Counted from the first letter of the stretch, positions 38,254-48,429 are shown. The stretch is 64,000 bases of DNA from an uncultured Desulfarculus sp. (GCA_963665125.2 CAXXUK010000001.1:1728001-1792000); one strand, 5' to 3'. The notes: a model not told the origin generated them from the letters alone. Translations and numbers: made by a program.

Positions 38254-38357
38254 GGTCAAACTCTCTTCCACCCTTGGCATTGCATCCGGGTGATCGGCAG
38301 GCTAAAATTTATGGCTTGCATCATATGGCAACTTCAAGGAAAGGACAAGGACGGCCT

Positions 38358-39110
38358 GTGGATACTCAATTATTACGGCAATTATTGGAACAAGTGGCGG
38401 GCGGAAACGTAAGCCCCGACGATGCCATGAGCCGTCTGCGGTCCCTGCCCTTCGAGGACCTGGGCTTTGCCAAGGTGGACCATCACCGGGTGCTGCGCCA
38501 GGGTTTCCCGGAGGTCATCTTCGGCCAGGGCAAGACTCCGGAACAGATCGTGCGGATCGCCAAGGCCCTGCACGACCAAGGCTCTTCGGTTTTGGTAACC
38601 AGGGTCGACGACCAAAAGGCCCAGTCGGTTCTGGCGGCAATGCCGGAGCTTAAATACAACCACCAGGCCCGTTGCATGACCTTTGTCTCCACCAACCCGC
38701 CCCCGGCGGGCAAAGGAACCGTGGCCGTGGTGGCGGCGGGCACATCGGACCTGCCGGTGGCCATGGAGGCCGTGCTCACGGCGGAGCTGATGGGCTCCAA
38801 CGTGGCCAAAGTATTCGATGTGGGCGTCAGCGGCCTGCACCGTTTATTTGCCCAGGCCGACGTATTGACCAGCGCCCGGTGCTTCGTGGTGGTGGCGGGC
38901 ATGGAAGGCGCGCTGCCCTCGGTGGTGGCTGGCCTTGTGGACAAACCGGTCATCGCCGTGCCTACTTCGGTTGGCTATGGCACGGCCTTTGGCGGATTGG
39001 CCGCCCTGCTGGGCATGCTCAACTCCTGCGCGCCGGGCCTGAGCGTCGTCAACATCGACAACGGCTTTGGCGGCGGCTATCTGGCCGGCATGATCGACCA
39101 CATGGATTAA
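38358..39110 (+). CDS. larB: Nickel-pincer cofactor biosynthesis protein LarB (PurE-like)
   Basis: [70 protein letters not shown]. Confidence 0.93.
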   Translation: MDTQLLRQLLEQVAGGNVSPDDAMSRLRSLPFEDLGFAKVDHHRVLRQGFPEVIFGQGKTPEQIVRIAKALHDQGSSVLVTRVDDQKAQSVLAAMPELKYNHQARCMTFVSTNPPPAGKGTVAVVAAGTSDLPVAMEAVLTAELMGSNVAKVFDVGVSGLHRLFAQADVLTSARCFVVVAGMEGALPSVVAGLVDKPVIAVPTSVGYGTAFGGLAALLGMLNSCAPGLSVVNIDNGFGGGYLAGMIDHMD

Positions 39111-39114
39111 GGCC

Positions 39115-39564
39115 ATGCGTGCGGTGTTGCAGCGGGTATCCCAAGCCAAAGTCGAAGTGGACGGCAAAATAACCGGCCAAATCGGACACGGTCTGCTGGT
39201 GCTGTTGGGCGTGGGCCAGGATGACGGCCCGGACCAGGTGGAATGGCTGGCTAAAAAAATAGCCGGCCTGCGGATATTTCCCGACGAGGCTGACAAGCTC
39301 AACCTGTCCGTATCCGATATCGGCGGCCATGTCCTGGTGGTCAGCCAGTTCACCTTGTGGGGCGATTGCAATAAGGGCAAACGGCCGTCGTTCAGCAGGG
39401 CGGCGGCCGGTCCCTTGGCCGAACAATTGTACGAGGATTTTATCCGGGCTCTCGGAGCAATGGGCCTGAAGGTGGCCACCGGAAAATTTGGGGCAATGAT
39501 GGATGTCCATCTGGTCAACCAGGGCCCGGTGACTTTATTATTGGATACGGATAAAAAATTCTAA
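39115..39564 (+). CDS. dtd: D-aminoacyl-tRNA deacylase
   Basis: [23 protein letters not shown]...NQGPVT. Confidence 0.96.
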   Translation: MRAVLQRVSQAKVEVDGKITGQIGHGLLVLLGVGQDDGPDQVEWLAKKIAGLRIFPDEADKLNLSVSDIGGHVLVVSQFTLWGDCNKGKRPSFSRAAAGPLAEQLYEDFIRALGAMGLKVATGKFGAMMDVHLVNQGPVTLLLDTDKKF

Positions 39565-39571
39565 GGAGGCC

Positions 39572-40066
39572 ATGGTGGAGCAAAAGCCCAAAGACGACCT
39601 CAGCGCATTCATTCCCGAAGGATGGGAAGGAAAATACCCCCCTTGCCTTATCCAGGTAGACGAAAACGGCAAGCTGTTTCACGATGGCGCGCCCATGATC
39701 CATCCGGGCATCCTGGAGCTTATTTACGAATCGGTTTATTTTGAAGACGGCATCTACTTTCTCAAGGTCGGTAAGCAAAGCTGCCAGTTGGAGGTGGCCG
39801 ATACATTTCATGTGGTGACGCGGGCCGAGTTTGCCGATAGCGGCGTTGAACTAACCATCAGCGACGGCTCCACCGAATCTCTGGACCCTCGCAGTCTGTG
39901 GATAGGCAATGGAGAGGTGCTCTACTGCATGATCAAGGACGGCAAGTTTCCGGCCAGATTCCTGCGCCAGGCCTATTATCAGATCACCGAGCGCCTGGTG
40001 GAGCACGACGGCGGCTTTGCCCTTGACATCGGCGGCCAGATCCACCCCCTGACTCAACGGCATTAG
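39572..40066 (+). CDS. DUF1285-like hypothetical protein
   Basis: VDENGKLFHDGAPMIH, LEVADT, YCMIK..PARFLRQAYY pattern; GGAGG SD. Confidence 0.65.
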   Translation: MVEQKPKDDLSAFIPEGWEGKYPPCLIQVDENGKLFHDGAPMIHPGILELIYESVYFEDGIYFLKVGKQSCQLEVADTFHVVTRAEFADSGVELTISDGSTESLDPRSLWIGNGEVLYCMIKDGKFPARFLRQAYYQITERLVEHDGGFALDIGGQIHPLTQRH

Positions 40067-40067
40067 T

Positions 40068-40103
40068 CTTGCCGGGGCCATATCAAGGCCCCGGCAAGTT
40101 TTT
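40068..40103 (+). terminator. Intrinsic terminator
   Basis: cttgccggggcc/ggccccggcaag 12 bp stem followed by T5. Confidence 0.75.
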
Positions 40104-41129
40104 CTAGGCCTCTACTTCTTCCTCATCGTCGTCAGGCAGATGAACCGATCCCACGATATCCTGATTCAAGTCATGAAGCAGTTCGATGCTCGTGAGCATC
40201 TTGTTGTAGCTGTCTGCCAGATAACCAACTTCGTCGTTGCTGGACACCGGTACGGCCTGGTCCAGGTCGCCCCGTCGCACCTTGCCCATGGCCACCCGCA
40301 GTTGTTCGATGGGGTTGGCCACGCTTTTTTCCACCATCGTGGTCAGGAACCAGATAAGGGCCAGGCTCAAAACCAGCACGAAGGCCATCAAGTACAGAAG
40401 CTTCGAGGGTATGGCGTAAGGGTTGGTGTAGACTAGTTTGCTGGCGATGCGGTAGACCATGGCCGAAAGCGCAAGGATGGGAACCGCGCCGCCCAGCAAC
40501 AGGGCCAGCAGCAACCTGGCCCGCACGGGCAGGCGCAGGGTGCGCTTGAGCTCGAATATCTCGCCGCCCACGAAGAAAAGCGACCGCATGGCGTTGAACA
40601 ACCTGTCGGTATAGAAGAAAATTACCGTGGTGACGAAAACGCCCGAGGTCAAAACCCCCACCAGAACCCAGGCTGCCTCGCCGTATGGACCGGCATCGCC
40701 TTTTTCCGCCACGTACAGGGCAAAGCGCACCGAGGCCATGGTGAAAGCGGCGATGATCCACAAAAACAGGGTGACCATGCTGTAGAAAAACGGCGCGTTG
40801 ACGACCTTGCGCTGGGCCGCCGTCAACAGCTCGGCGTCCGGTTTTTGGTCGTTGGCCACCATTATCCAGCATTTCCTGATCTTGATTTGCCAGGGCATGC
40901 ACATCCCGGCCCCGGCCGCCAACAAGGCCACCGTCATGTAAAACATGATCGTGGGATATTCCTGCAAGCCAAGGAAAAGACCCGATGCATCGACGATCAT
41001 GAAATAAAAGGTGCAAAGCGTGGCGCCGATGGCGTTGATGGCCATTATGGCGAAACCGACTCTGCGGAAGAACATCGAAGGCGTGTACCGCCGCGCCAGT
41101 TCCCTAACACGTCTTCTTTTTTGTTCCAT
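40104..41129 (-). CDS. Six-TM membrane protein ending in a HAMP domain, no output domain
   Basis: Six hydrophobic segments then VANPIEQLRVAMGKVRRGDL...NDEVGYLADSYNKM and a short acidic tail. Confidence 0.8.
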   Translation of the reverse strand: MEQKRRRVRELARRYTPSMFFRRVGFAIMAINAIGATLCTFYFMIVDASGLFLGLQEYPTIMFYMTVALLAAGAGMCMPWQIKIRKCWIMVANDQKPDAELLTAAQRKVVNAPFFYSMVTLFLWIIAAFTMASVRFALYVAEKGDAGPYGEAAWVLVGVLTSGVFVTTVIFFYTDRLFNAMRSLFFVGGEIFELKRTLRLPVRARLLLALLLGGAVPILALSAMVYRIASKLVYTNPYAIPSKLLYLMAFVLVLSLALIWFLTTMVEKSVANPIEQLRVAMGKVRRGDLDQAVPVSSNDEVGYLADSYNKMLTSIELLHDLNQDIVGSVHLPDDDEEEVEA

Positions 41130-41254
41130 GCTCCGCCCCTTTCGTATTGTAAAAAAAAACGCGCCGTGCATTTCCCTGGCACAGCATGCCATATTAGAAA
41201 CGCCCGGCCAAGCCCCTTGGGGCCAAACCGGGCGTTTGATTGTGTATTAATTGG

Positions 41255-42928
41255 TTAATACTGCCGTTTACCAGCAACCGCCTGGGCTATGTTGTAGGCG
41301 TAGTCGCCGATTTTTTCAAAGTTGGTGAGCATGTCCACGAACAACAGGCCCGGATCAATGGTGCACACGCCGGAACGGAGCCTGCCCAGGTAGTCGTCGC
41401 GCATGCGCTCGCGCATGAAGTCGATCTTATCTTCCATGGTCTGGGCCTGCTCCATGATGCTCTTGTCGCGCTCAGCGATGCCCCGGATGACCAGTTCCAG
41501 GAAATTGGCCACGGTGTTGCGGATGTCCTGATAATCACGTTTGCCCTGATCGGCCAGGTGGAGGTTGTTTTCAATCATTTCCTCCACCAGCTCGGCCAGG
41601 TTTTCGGTGGCGTCGCCGGTGCGTTCGATGTTGTTGACCATGCGCATCAGCGAGGCTATCTCCATGCTCTCGGACTCCGTGATATTACCCTGGCTTACCG
41701 TCACCAAAAACTCGGTGATTTGGCGCTGCAAGCGGTCCAGGGCCTCCTCCCGCTGCCTCCAGCGGGATAAAAGCTCGAGCTTGCGGTTGAACATGACCTC
41801 GGTCACGTCGCGGTACATTTCCTGGGCAATGGTGCCCATACGCACGGTCTCCTCGCGGGCCTGGGCCAAGGCCACGCTGGGGTTGTCAATATAACGCTCA
41901 TCCAGATGCTTGGTGCGCCCCAGGTCGACAAGATCGTCCTCTTTTTCCTTGCCGCCGGTAAGGCGTACTGCCAATTTGATCAATATCGGCAATATGATAA
42001 GGAAAAACGTGGCGTTCAACACGTTGAACAGCGTATGGCTGTTGGCAATGAATCGGGCGATGTTGCTGTCGTCGACCTGGCCGATACCCATTAAAACACC
42101 GGTTATCCATTTGACCAGATCCACGAATGGATAGAACACGAGCAGAACAATACACACGCCGAAGAAATTGAACAGGGTATGAGCCCGGGCTGCCCGCCTG
42201 GCCGTCAATGTACCTCCGATTGACGCCAACTCCGCGGTGATGGTGGTGCCGATGTTCTCACCCAGGATCAAGGCCACGGCGCCTGGCAGATTCAGCAACC
42301 CCTGGCTGGCCAGGGCCATGGTGATGCCCACGGTGGCTGAACTGGACTGGACTACCATGGTAAGGACAGCGCCCGTCACCACACAAAGGAGCACTCCAAA
42401 CATGTTCGATGCGTCATACATCAGGAAGAACGATTCAAAATCGGGGTGAGCTCGAAGCGGCTTGAAGCCGTTTTTCATCATCTCCATGCCGAAGAACAGC
42501 ATACCGAAGCCCAAGATGACCTCGCCGATGTCCCGGGTGCGGCGGCGTTTGGCGAAAAACTTGATGGCCACGCCGATAAAGATGGCCACCGGGGCAAGAG
42601 AACTCAGCTTGAAGGCGATGATCTGGGCGGTGATGGTGGTTCCGACGTTGGCGCCCAGGATAACACCCACGGCTTGGGTCAGGCTCAACAGTCCGGCATT
42701 CACAAAGCCGACAACGGTAACACTGGTCAAAGAAGATGACTGCACCACTGCGGTGACCAAGGCTCCCGTGGCGGCACCCACCCATTTGTTTGTGGATACC
42801 ATTTCCAAGAATGAGCGCAGCCTGTCGCCTGCAACCCTTTGCAGAGCCTCGGACATCAGTTTCATGCCGAAAAGGAACAGGCCAAGCCCACCCATTGCCT
42901 GGAACGCTACTTTATATACTAGGTCCAA
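41255..42928 (-). CDS. Na+/phosphate cotransporter with C-terminal PhoU domain
   Basis: GGLGLFLFGM, two VQSSS and GANVGTT/GENIGTT repeats, NIERTGD, FEKIGD. Confidence 0.93.
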   Translation of the reverse strand: MDLVYKVAFQAMGGLGLFLFGMKLMSEALQRVAGDRLRSFLEMVSTNKWVGAATGALVTAVVQSSSLTSVTVVGFVNAGLLSLTQAVGVILGANVGTTITAQIIAFKLSSLAPVAIFIGVAIKFFAKRRRTRDIGEVILGFGMLFFGMEMMKNGFKPLRAHPDFESFFLMYDASNMFGVLLCVVTGAVLTMVVQSSSATVGITMALASQGLLNLPGAVALILGENIGTTITAELASIGGTLTARRAARAHTLFNFFGVCIVLLVFYPFVDLVKWITGVLMGIGQVDDSNIARFIANSHTLFNVLNATFFLIILPILIKLAVRLTGGKEKEDDLVDLGRTKHLDERYIDNPSVALAQAREETVRMGTIAQEMYRDVTEVMFNRKLELLSRWRQREEALDRLQRQITEFLVTVSQGNITESESMEIASLMRMVNNIERTGDATENLAELVEEMIENNLHLADQGKRDYQDIRNTVANFLELVIRGIAERDKSIMEQAQTMEDKIDFMRERMRDDYLGRLRSGVCTIDPGLLFVDMLTNFEKIGDYAYNIAQAVAGKRQY

Positions 42929-43217
42929 GAGACAGCACCTCGTTATTTTCAGTCGGTTGTTCTACCCAATTCAGACGTGTGCATTGGCATTTGGGCCTGT
43001 GTTATCGCGAGCCGGTCGATTCGTCAACCAATTTGTAACCTCATTGTAACTCAGAACCAACCAACTCTCGTCGGCTAATGTCCCTCCCAACTTGAGAAAA
43101 AATTGCAGCCCTTGCCGGAAAAACTTTATGTCCTTGCCTACCATTTATTGCCGGTCAGCTTCATATGCCAGTTGTTATCTATCTGATTATATTATCTAAT
43201 TCATCTAACAACCACAG

Positions 43218-43233
43218 TGGCATGGCGCTTGCA
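43218..43233 (+). promoter_or_regulatory. Sigma54 -24/-12 promoter of fliK-flgD-flgE
   Basis: TGGCATGGCGCTTGCA, exact GG-N10-GC spacing, ~55 nt before fliK. Confidence 0.8.
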
Positions 43234-43289
43234 GATAACTGGAACAGAAAAATTCGCACCATGCAGCACCCCGCTTCTGGAGGCTTTAC

Positions 43290-45131
43290 TTGGAAGCTTT
43301 GGATTTAATATCGGGAATCAGCAGTAGCAACGCGGCGGCCATCACCCTCGGCGGCAAAACCAAGGGTACGGGTTCGGGCTTCGACGCCCTGTTGGCCGCG
43401 TTGACAAACCAAAGCCAGCAGACCTTGTCTCAAACGGCGGCCAACACCTCCGAAACAGGCAAGGCATCGGCTTCAGATTCAACGCAAAGCATTCAAATCA
43501 ACTCTCCGGCCGATACCCCGGTGGCCCGGTTGGAGACGGCCCTGCGCCAAAGCGGCCAGCCCCTGGAAAAGATAACCGTCCCGCCCGAGGCCAGGGAAAA
43601 AATGGTCGAGGTCCTGGAAAACAGCGGCTACAGCACCGAAGACGCCCAGGAGATCCTGCGCCGGGCCACCGATGATGAAGGAAACATCAATCTCGGGGCC
43701 ATGTTCGAGCTGCTGCCGCGGTACACGGCGGACCAGGGCCCTGTTCTGGTCCTTGACCAGGATGCCAAGATCCAGCTCATGCAGGCCCTGAATGACCTCG
43801 GAGTTCCGGCCGGGGAAATCAGGCGTTTTTTTGAAAGCGCCGAGCACATAGGCCAAAAGATCGAACTCAAGGGCATCACGGACCTGTTGGCCATGGCCGA
43901 CCCAAATCGCAGTGAAGTCGACCGGTCCGTACTGGAAGACCTGTTGGGCAAATTGGGGCTAAACGCGCAAGAGGTCGAGAACCTCCTTGACTCCAAGGTC
44001 GACAGCCAGGGCCGGATCAGCCCCAGCGACATGCTCAGCCTGCTGGAGACGGCCGCGGAAAAGAACGATACCAAAATCGCCACCGCCCTCAAGACCCTGG
44101 CCAACCAAATTGAAGTGCAGGGCGACGACACCAAGGAAATAGTGCGCCAGCTGCGCACCATGGTCAGTCAGGCCCTGGAACAAGCTCCCAAAAAGAGCGC
44201 CGAGACCCAGCAAACGCTTCAGCAAACCGCCCAGCCGCAAACTTTGCAGACTGAAAGCGCCCAGACCGAGGGCACCCAGTCCGCGGCGGCCACCAACGAG
44301 CAGTCCTCGGGAAGTGCAACCCAAAGCGCGACCCAAAGCTCGGCAACCGCGGCCGGAGAAGCATTGGCGGCCGAGACCCAAACCGATACGGCCAAAAGCG
44401 CGGCCGACATACTCGGCAAATTGGGCCAGGAGACGGTCGCCTCCGCACGGCAAAATGCGACCACCTCCGAAACCGGGTCCCAGACCGGGTTCCAGGGCGG
44501 CAAGTCCGGCGACCAGACCCTGAATCAGGGGTTGGCCCAGCAGGCGGCGGTCAATGCCAAAGCCGCCACGTCAACAGCCACCCAGGATTCCGGCTCATCC
44601 AAGTTCAACGACGCCTTGACCGCAGCCCAGAACTCCGCTGCGCGCGGCGCGGCGGGTCAAGGATCGAGCACGGTGAACAGGGGCATCCCGGCCTATGTCA
44701 CCCGGCAGGTCAGCCAGCAGATGGCCAGCATGGTCCGCTCCGGGGCGCCGAGCTTGACCCTGAACCTGAAACCCGCCCATCTTGGCTCACTTAACATGGA
44801 AGTGACCATGAAGGACGGCAATCTCCAGGCCACATTGACCGCCGACAATGCCGCTGCCAAGCAAACCCTTGAAGCCGGCCTGGACCTTCTGCGCGAGCAG
44901 CTCATGCAGCAGGGCATAAAAGTCGACCGGATCGAAGTGGCGGTCAACGCCGACGCCAACCCGCAACAGCAGCAGACGGCCCAGACAAGCGGGCAAAGCG
45001 GCAACGGACGTAGCGGCAACAGCGGCTCCGGCGAGTCGGGCGCCGAAGATGGACAGGTCGCCGCAAGCCAGACCGAAGAGCAGTCCACAACGCAGACAAC
45101 GGCTAGAAGCCGAATCAGCATTATCGCCTAG
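43290..45131 (+). CDS. fliK: Flagellar hook-length control protein
   Basis: Low-complexity S/T/Q/A middle; C-terminal LNLKPAHLGSL...LREQLMQQGIKVDRIEV; precedes flgD-flgE. Confidence 0.9.
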   Translation: MEALDLISGISSSNAAAITLGGKTKGTGSGFDALLAALTNQSQQTLSQTAANTSETGKASASDSTQSIQINSPADTPVARLETALRQSGQPLEKITVPPEAREKMVEVLENSGYSTEDAQEILRRATDDEGNINLGAMFELLPRYTADQGPVLVLDQDAKIQLMQALNDLGVPAGEIRRFFESAEHIGQKIELKGITDLLAMADPNRSEVDRSVLEDLLGKLGLNAQEVENLLDSKVDSQGRISPSDMLSLLETAAEKNDTKIATALKTLANQIEVQGDDTKEIVRQLRTMVSQALEQAPKKSAETQQTLQQTAQPQTLQTESAQTEGTQSAAATNEQSSGSATQSATQSSATAAGEALAAETQTDTAKSAADILGKLGQETVASARQNATTSETGSQTGFQGGKSGDQTLNQGLAQQAAVNAKAATSTATQDSGSSKFNDALTAAQNSAARGAAGQGSSTVNRGIPAYVTRQVSQQMASMVRSGAPSLTLNLKPAHLGSLNMEVTMKDGNLQATLTADNAAAKQTLEAGLDLLREQLMQQGIKVDRIEVAVNADANPQQQQTAQTSGQSGNGRSGNSGSGESGAEDGQVAASQTEEQSTTQTTARSRISIIA

Positions 45132-45140
45132 GGGTGTGAA

Positions 45141-45986
45141 ATGTCATCAATAATACCGTCCACATACACCGGTTCAGTCTACGACGACAGCACCACAAAG
45201 GCCACCTATTCGTCCGCTGAAGACACCACGCTCGGCCAGGATGCCTTTCTTAAAATGTTCATGGCCCAGGTGACCAACCAGGACCCCATGAACCCCATGG
45301 ACAACACCGAGTTCACGGCGCAACTGGCGACCTTCAGCCAGTTGGAACAGTTGCAACAGATCAATGACAGTATGGCCAACATGGACGACCTGGTCACCGC
45401 AACCAAGCGCAACACGGCCATAGGCTACCTGGGCAACGATGTCACCGCCCAGGGCAACCTGATACCCGTTGTCAACGGCGAGGCCGGCAAATACACCTTC
45501 AAGCTGGCCAACTCGGCCAATGTGGAAGCCGTGATCACAGACTCCTCGGGCAAGGTGGTGGCAAACATCGGCCTGGGAGCCCTGTCGGCGGGCAACAATT
45601 CCTTTACCTGGGATTGCACTGACAACACCGGAAACACCGTCGACGACGGCGCCTACACCATAAGCATCACCGCGGCGACGTCGGATGGGACCGAGGTCGA
45701 AATCCTCGACCAGACAGTCACCGCCAGGGTGACCGGCATCACCACCGACGAAGACGGAGTCACCTACCTGTTGATGGGCGAAGCCGCCCTGGCCGCTGAC
45801 AAGGCCATAGCCGTCAACGTGCCGGCATCGGGCACCACCAGCGACGATGACAACACGACCCTTGAAGACAGTCTAGAGGAACTGGAAGACCTGACCGCAA
45901 AGGCCGAGTCGGGCGAAGAGACAACCATGAGCGATGTACTACAGGCACTGGGAGCCATCGGCAGCATTGCCGCCCTGTTGCTTTAA
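45141..45986 (+). CDS. flgD: Flagellar hook capping protein
   Basis: LGQDAFLKMFMAQVTNQDPMNPMDNTEFTAQLATFSQLEQL. Confidence 0.95.
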   Translation: MSSIIPSTYTGSVYDDSTTKATYSSAEDTTLGQDAFLKMFMAQVTNQDPMNPMDNTEFTAQLATFSQLEQLQQINDSMANMDDLVTATKRNTAIGYLGNDVTAQGNLIPVVNGEAGKYTFKLANSANVEAVITDSSGKVVANIGLGALSAGNNSFTWDCTDNTGNTVDDGAYTISITAATSDGTEVEILDQTVTARVTGITTDEDGVTYLLMGEAALAADKAIAVNVPASGTTSDDDNTTLEDSLEELEDLTAKAESGEETTMSDVLQALGAIGSIAALLL

Positions 45987-46047
45987 AAAAGTTTATTAGT
46001 GGGCCGGGTGAGGCGCCCGGGCCATTCAAGTGAAAGGAGCCGTCTAG

Positions 46048-48417
46048 ATGGGTATGCTAAGCGCAATGTGGGCCGGAGTGGCCGGCCTGAACGTCCACGG
46101 ACAGGCGCTGAGCGCTGTCTCGGACAACATAGCAAACGTCAACACCCATGGCTTCAAGGGCTCACGGATCAACTTCGGAGACGTGATGACCCACTCTCTT
46201 ACCGTGGGCGGCACGGTGGTAAATCAGGTGGGCACGGGCGCCGACGTCCTGAGCGTGCAAAACCTGTTGACCCAGGGATCTTTCGAATCAACCGACATCC
46301 CAACCGACCTGGCCATCAACGGCGCGGGATTCTTCGAGGTTCACCAGGCCGATTCCAACACCAGCTACTATACCCGCGCGGGTCAGTTCCTGCTGGACAA
46401 GGAAGGTTACATGGTCAACCCCCAGGGCTACCGCTTGCAGGGTTACAACGTTGACTCCAACGGCGAAATCCTGGAGATCCCCACCGACCTTAGGTTGTTG
46501 AAGCTGCAAACCGATGCCGTTTCCACGACCCAGGTGGACATCTCCATGAACCTCAACGCCGAAGATGAGGACAAGCTGCACCCGTCCAAGCTCATCGACC
46601 CCGACGATCAGAGCACATGGAACTACCTCAACACGGTGCGCACCTACGACAGCTTGGGCATCGGCCACAACATGTCCATGTTCTATCAGCAGCTCACCGA
46701 CTACAACGGCACCAAGGCGCCGGATGCCAGCACTTACTGGAAAGTCAGCGTCTTTGAAAACGAGGACGGCACCTACACGCCCAATGCCAGCCAGTATGCG
46801 ACCCAGGCCGAATATCTGACAGCCCTCAACGCCAACACCTATTATTTACAGTTCGACACGTCCGGACATCTGGTCGGCGTGTCCACCGGTGATACGGGCT
46901 ACGGCGATACGTATGTCTATGACGGCGAAGTGACCTCCAGCACCAGCGACGTGTCCTCGGCCTTTGGCGGATCGCTCACGTTCAACGGAGCGGGCAGCAA
47001 CGACCAGGGGATCATGACCACCGCCTCGCTCACCTTTGCCGGAGCCGACACCACGGCAACCAGCATCGAGGTGACCGTGGGTTCCGACGCCCCGTACGTC
47101 ATCACACCGGGCCAGACGGCGGCCGCTGCGGCGGCTGAATTGTGCGACCTGATAAACGGAGCCAGTCCGGCGGTCGACTACTACGCCGTTGACGAAGGCG
47201 GCGGCGTGGTCACCTTCTACGCCAAGGGCTCCGGCGGACCATATGACATTGAAGTGACCACCGACAGCACCGACCAGACCATGACCGTGGATGAGAACAC
47301 AACCCTGACCGAACTAGCCGGGCTGATCAACAGCGGCGCCCAGGCCACGGGCGTGATCAACATCGACACGGCGACCCTGGTGGCCGCCTCCGGCGACGGC
47401 GTGACCATCGACGGCGTCACCTTCAACTATGAAGCCGTTGCCGCGGGCACGGACTGGAACACGCTGGCCGATCTGGCCGCCGCCATCAACGCACAACAGG
47501 CCCTGGGCAACATAGACGTGACCGCCACAACCAGCGGCGACAATATCTATCTGACCTACAACGACGGTACGGACACCGTCGGCACCGACGGCAACGCCCA
47601 GACCCTGGTGGCCAATATCGTCACTCCCGGCGGCACCATCAACCTCAGCGACGCCACGCTGACCAACGGCTGGGACGGCACGGTGGCCGGGGCCAACGCC
47701 CACGACGTCACTGCCTCAGCCCTGGAAAACGACGACGGCACCTACTCGCTGCAGATCAGCCGCAATCAGACCGGCGCCGACTCCACCTACACCATTGACG
47801 TTGATTCATATCTCAGCACCAACACCGTGGGCACCCTGGCCGGCGTGAACTTCACCTCGGCCACCCAGACGGTGGTGGCCAGGGACGCGGTGTCCGGATC
47901 GCTGGATCTCGACGGCGACGTCACCCTGTCCTTCGACTATCCCCAGGCCGTACAGCCCCAGGAGATCATCTTCGACTACACTCCGGTCGACAGCGCCGCC
48001 ACCACCCAGAGCGCCGGAGCCCATGAAACGTTGTACCTGAGCCAGGACGGCTCCACCCGCGGCACCCTGCAAAGCCTGGACGTGGGCCAGGACGGCATCA
48101 TCACCGGCACCTTCTCCAACGGCCAGCTCAAGACCATGGGCCAGGTGATGCTGGTGAACTTCGCCAACTCGGAAGCCTTGGCCCGTGAGGGCGACAACCT
48201 CTGGCGCGAGACCGTCAACAGCGGCCCGGCCATAAACAACAAGCCCGAGGAAGGCGGCACGGGCTCCATCGAGTCTGGCGCCTTGGAACAGTCCAACGTG
48301 GACCTGGCCAACGAATTCGTGAAAATGATCCTGTACCAAAGGGCATTCCAGGCCAACAGCAAGTCCATCAGCACCACGGATGAAATGCTTCAGGAACTGA
48401 TAAACCTCAAGCGTTAG
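46048..48417 (+). CDS. flgE: Flagellar hook protein, long form (789 aa)
   Basis: VSDNIANVNTHGFK, DLAINGAGFF, YTRAGQF, GALEQSNVDLANEFV..QRAFQAN, LINLKR. Confidence 0.95.
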   Translation: MGMLSAMWAGVAGLNVHGQALSAVSDNIANVNTHGFKGSRINFGDVMTHSLTVGGTVVNQVGTGADVLSVQNLLTQGSFESTDIPTDLAINGAGFFEVHQADSNTSYYTRAGQFLLDKEGYMVNPQGYRLQGYNVDSNGEILEIPTDLRLLKLQTDAVSTTQVDISMNLNAEDEDKLHPSKLIDPDDQSTWNYLNTVRTYDSLGIGHNMSMFYQQLTDYNGTKAPDASTYWKVSVFENEDGTYTPNASQYATQAEYLTALNANTYYLQFDTSGHLVGVSTGDTGYGDTYVYDGEVTSSTSDVSSAFGGSLTFNGAGSNDQGIMTTASLTFAGADTTATSIEVTVGSDAPYVITPGQTAAAAAAELCDLINGASPAVDYYAVDEGGGVVTFYAKGSGGPYDIEVTTDSTDQTMTVDENTTLTELAGLINSGAQATGVINIDTATLVAASGDGVTIDGVTFNYEAVAAGTDWNTLADLAAAINAQQALGNIDVTATTSGDNIYLTYNDGTDTVGTDGNAQTLVANIVTPGGTINLSDATLTNGWDGTVAGANAHDVTASALENDDGTYSLQISRNQTGADSTYTIDVDSYLSTNTVGTLAGVNFTSATQTVVARDAVSGSLDLDGDVTLSFDYPQAVQPQEIIFDYTPVDSAATTQSAGAHETLYLSQDGSTRGTLQSLDVGQDGIITGTFSNGQLKTMGQVMLVNFANSEALAREGDNLWRETVNSGPAINNKPEEGGTGSIESGALEQSNVDLANEFVKMILYQRAFQANSKSISTTDEMLQELINLKR

Positions 48418-48429
48418 TGAAAAACCCGC

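Noticed and set aside
44190..44660. Low-complexity Q/T/S/A stretch in fliK as a tandem repeat locus
   Set aside because: Ordinary disordered ruler region; no exact nucleotide repeat unit seen.
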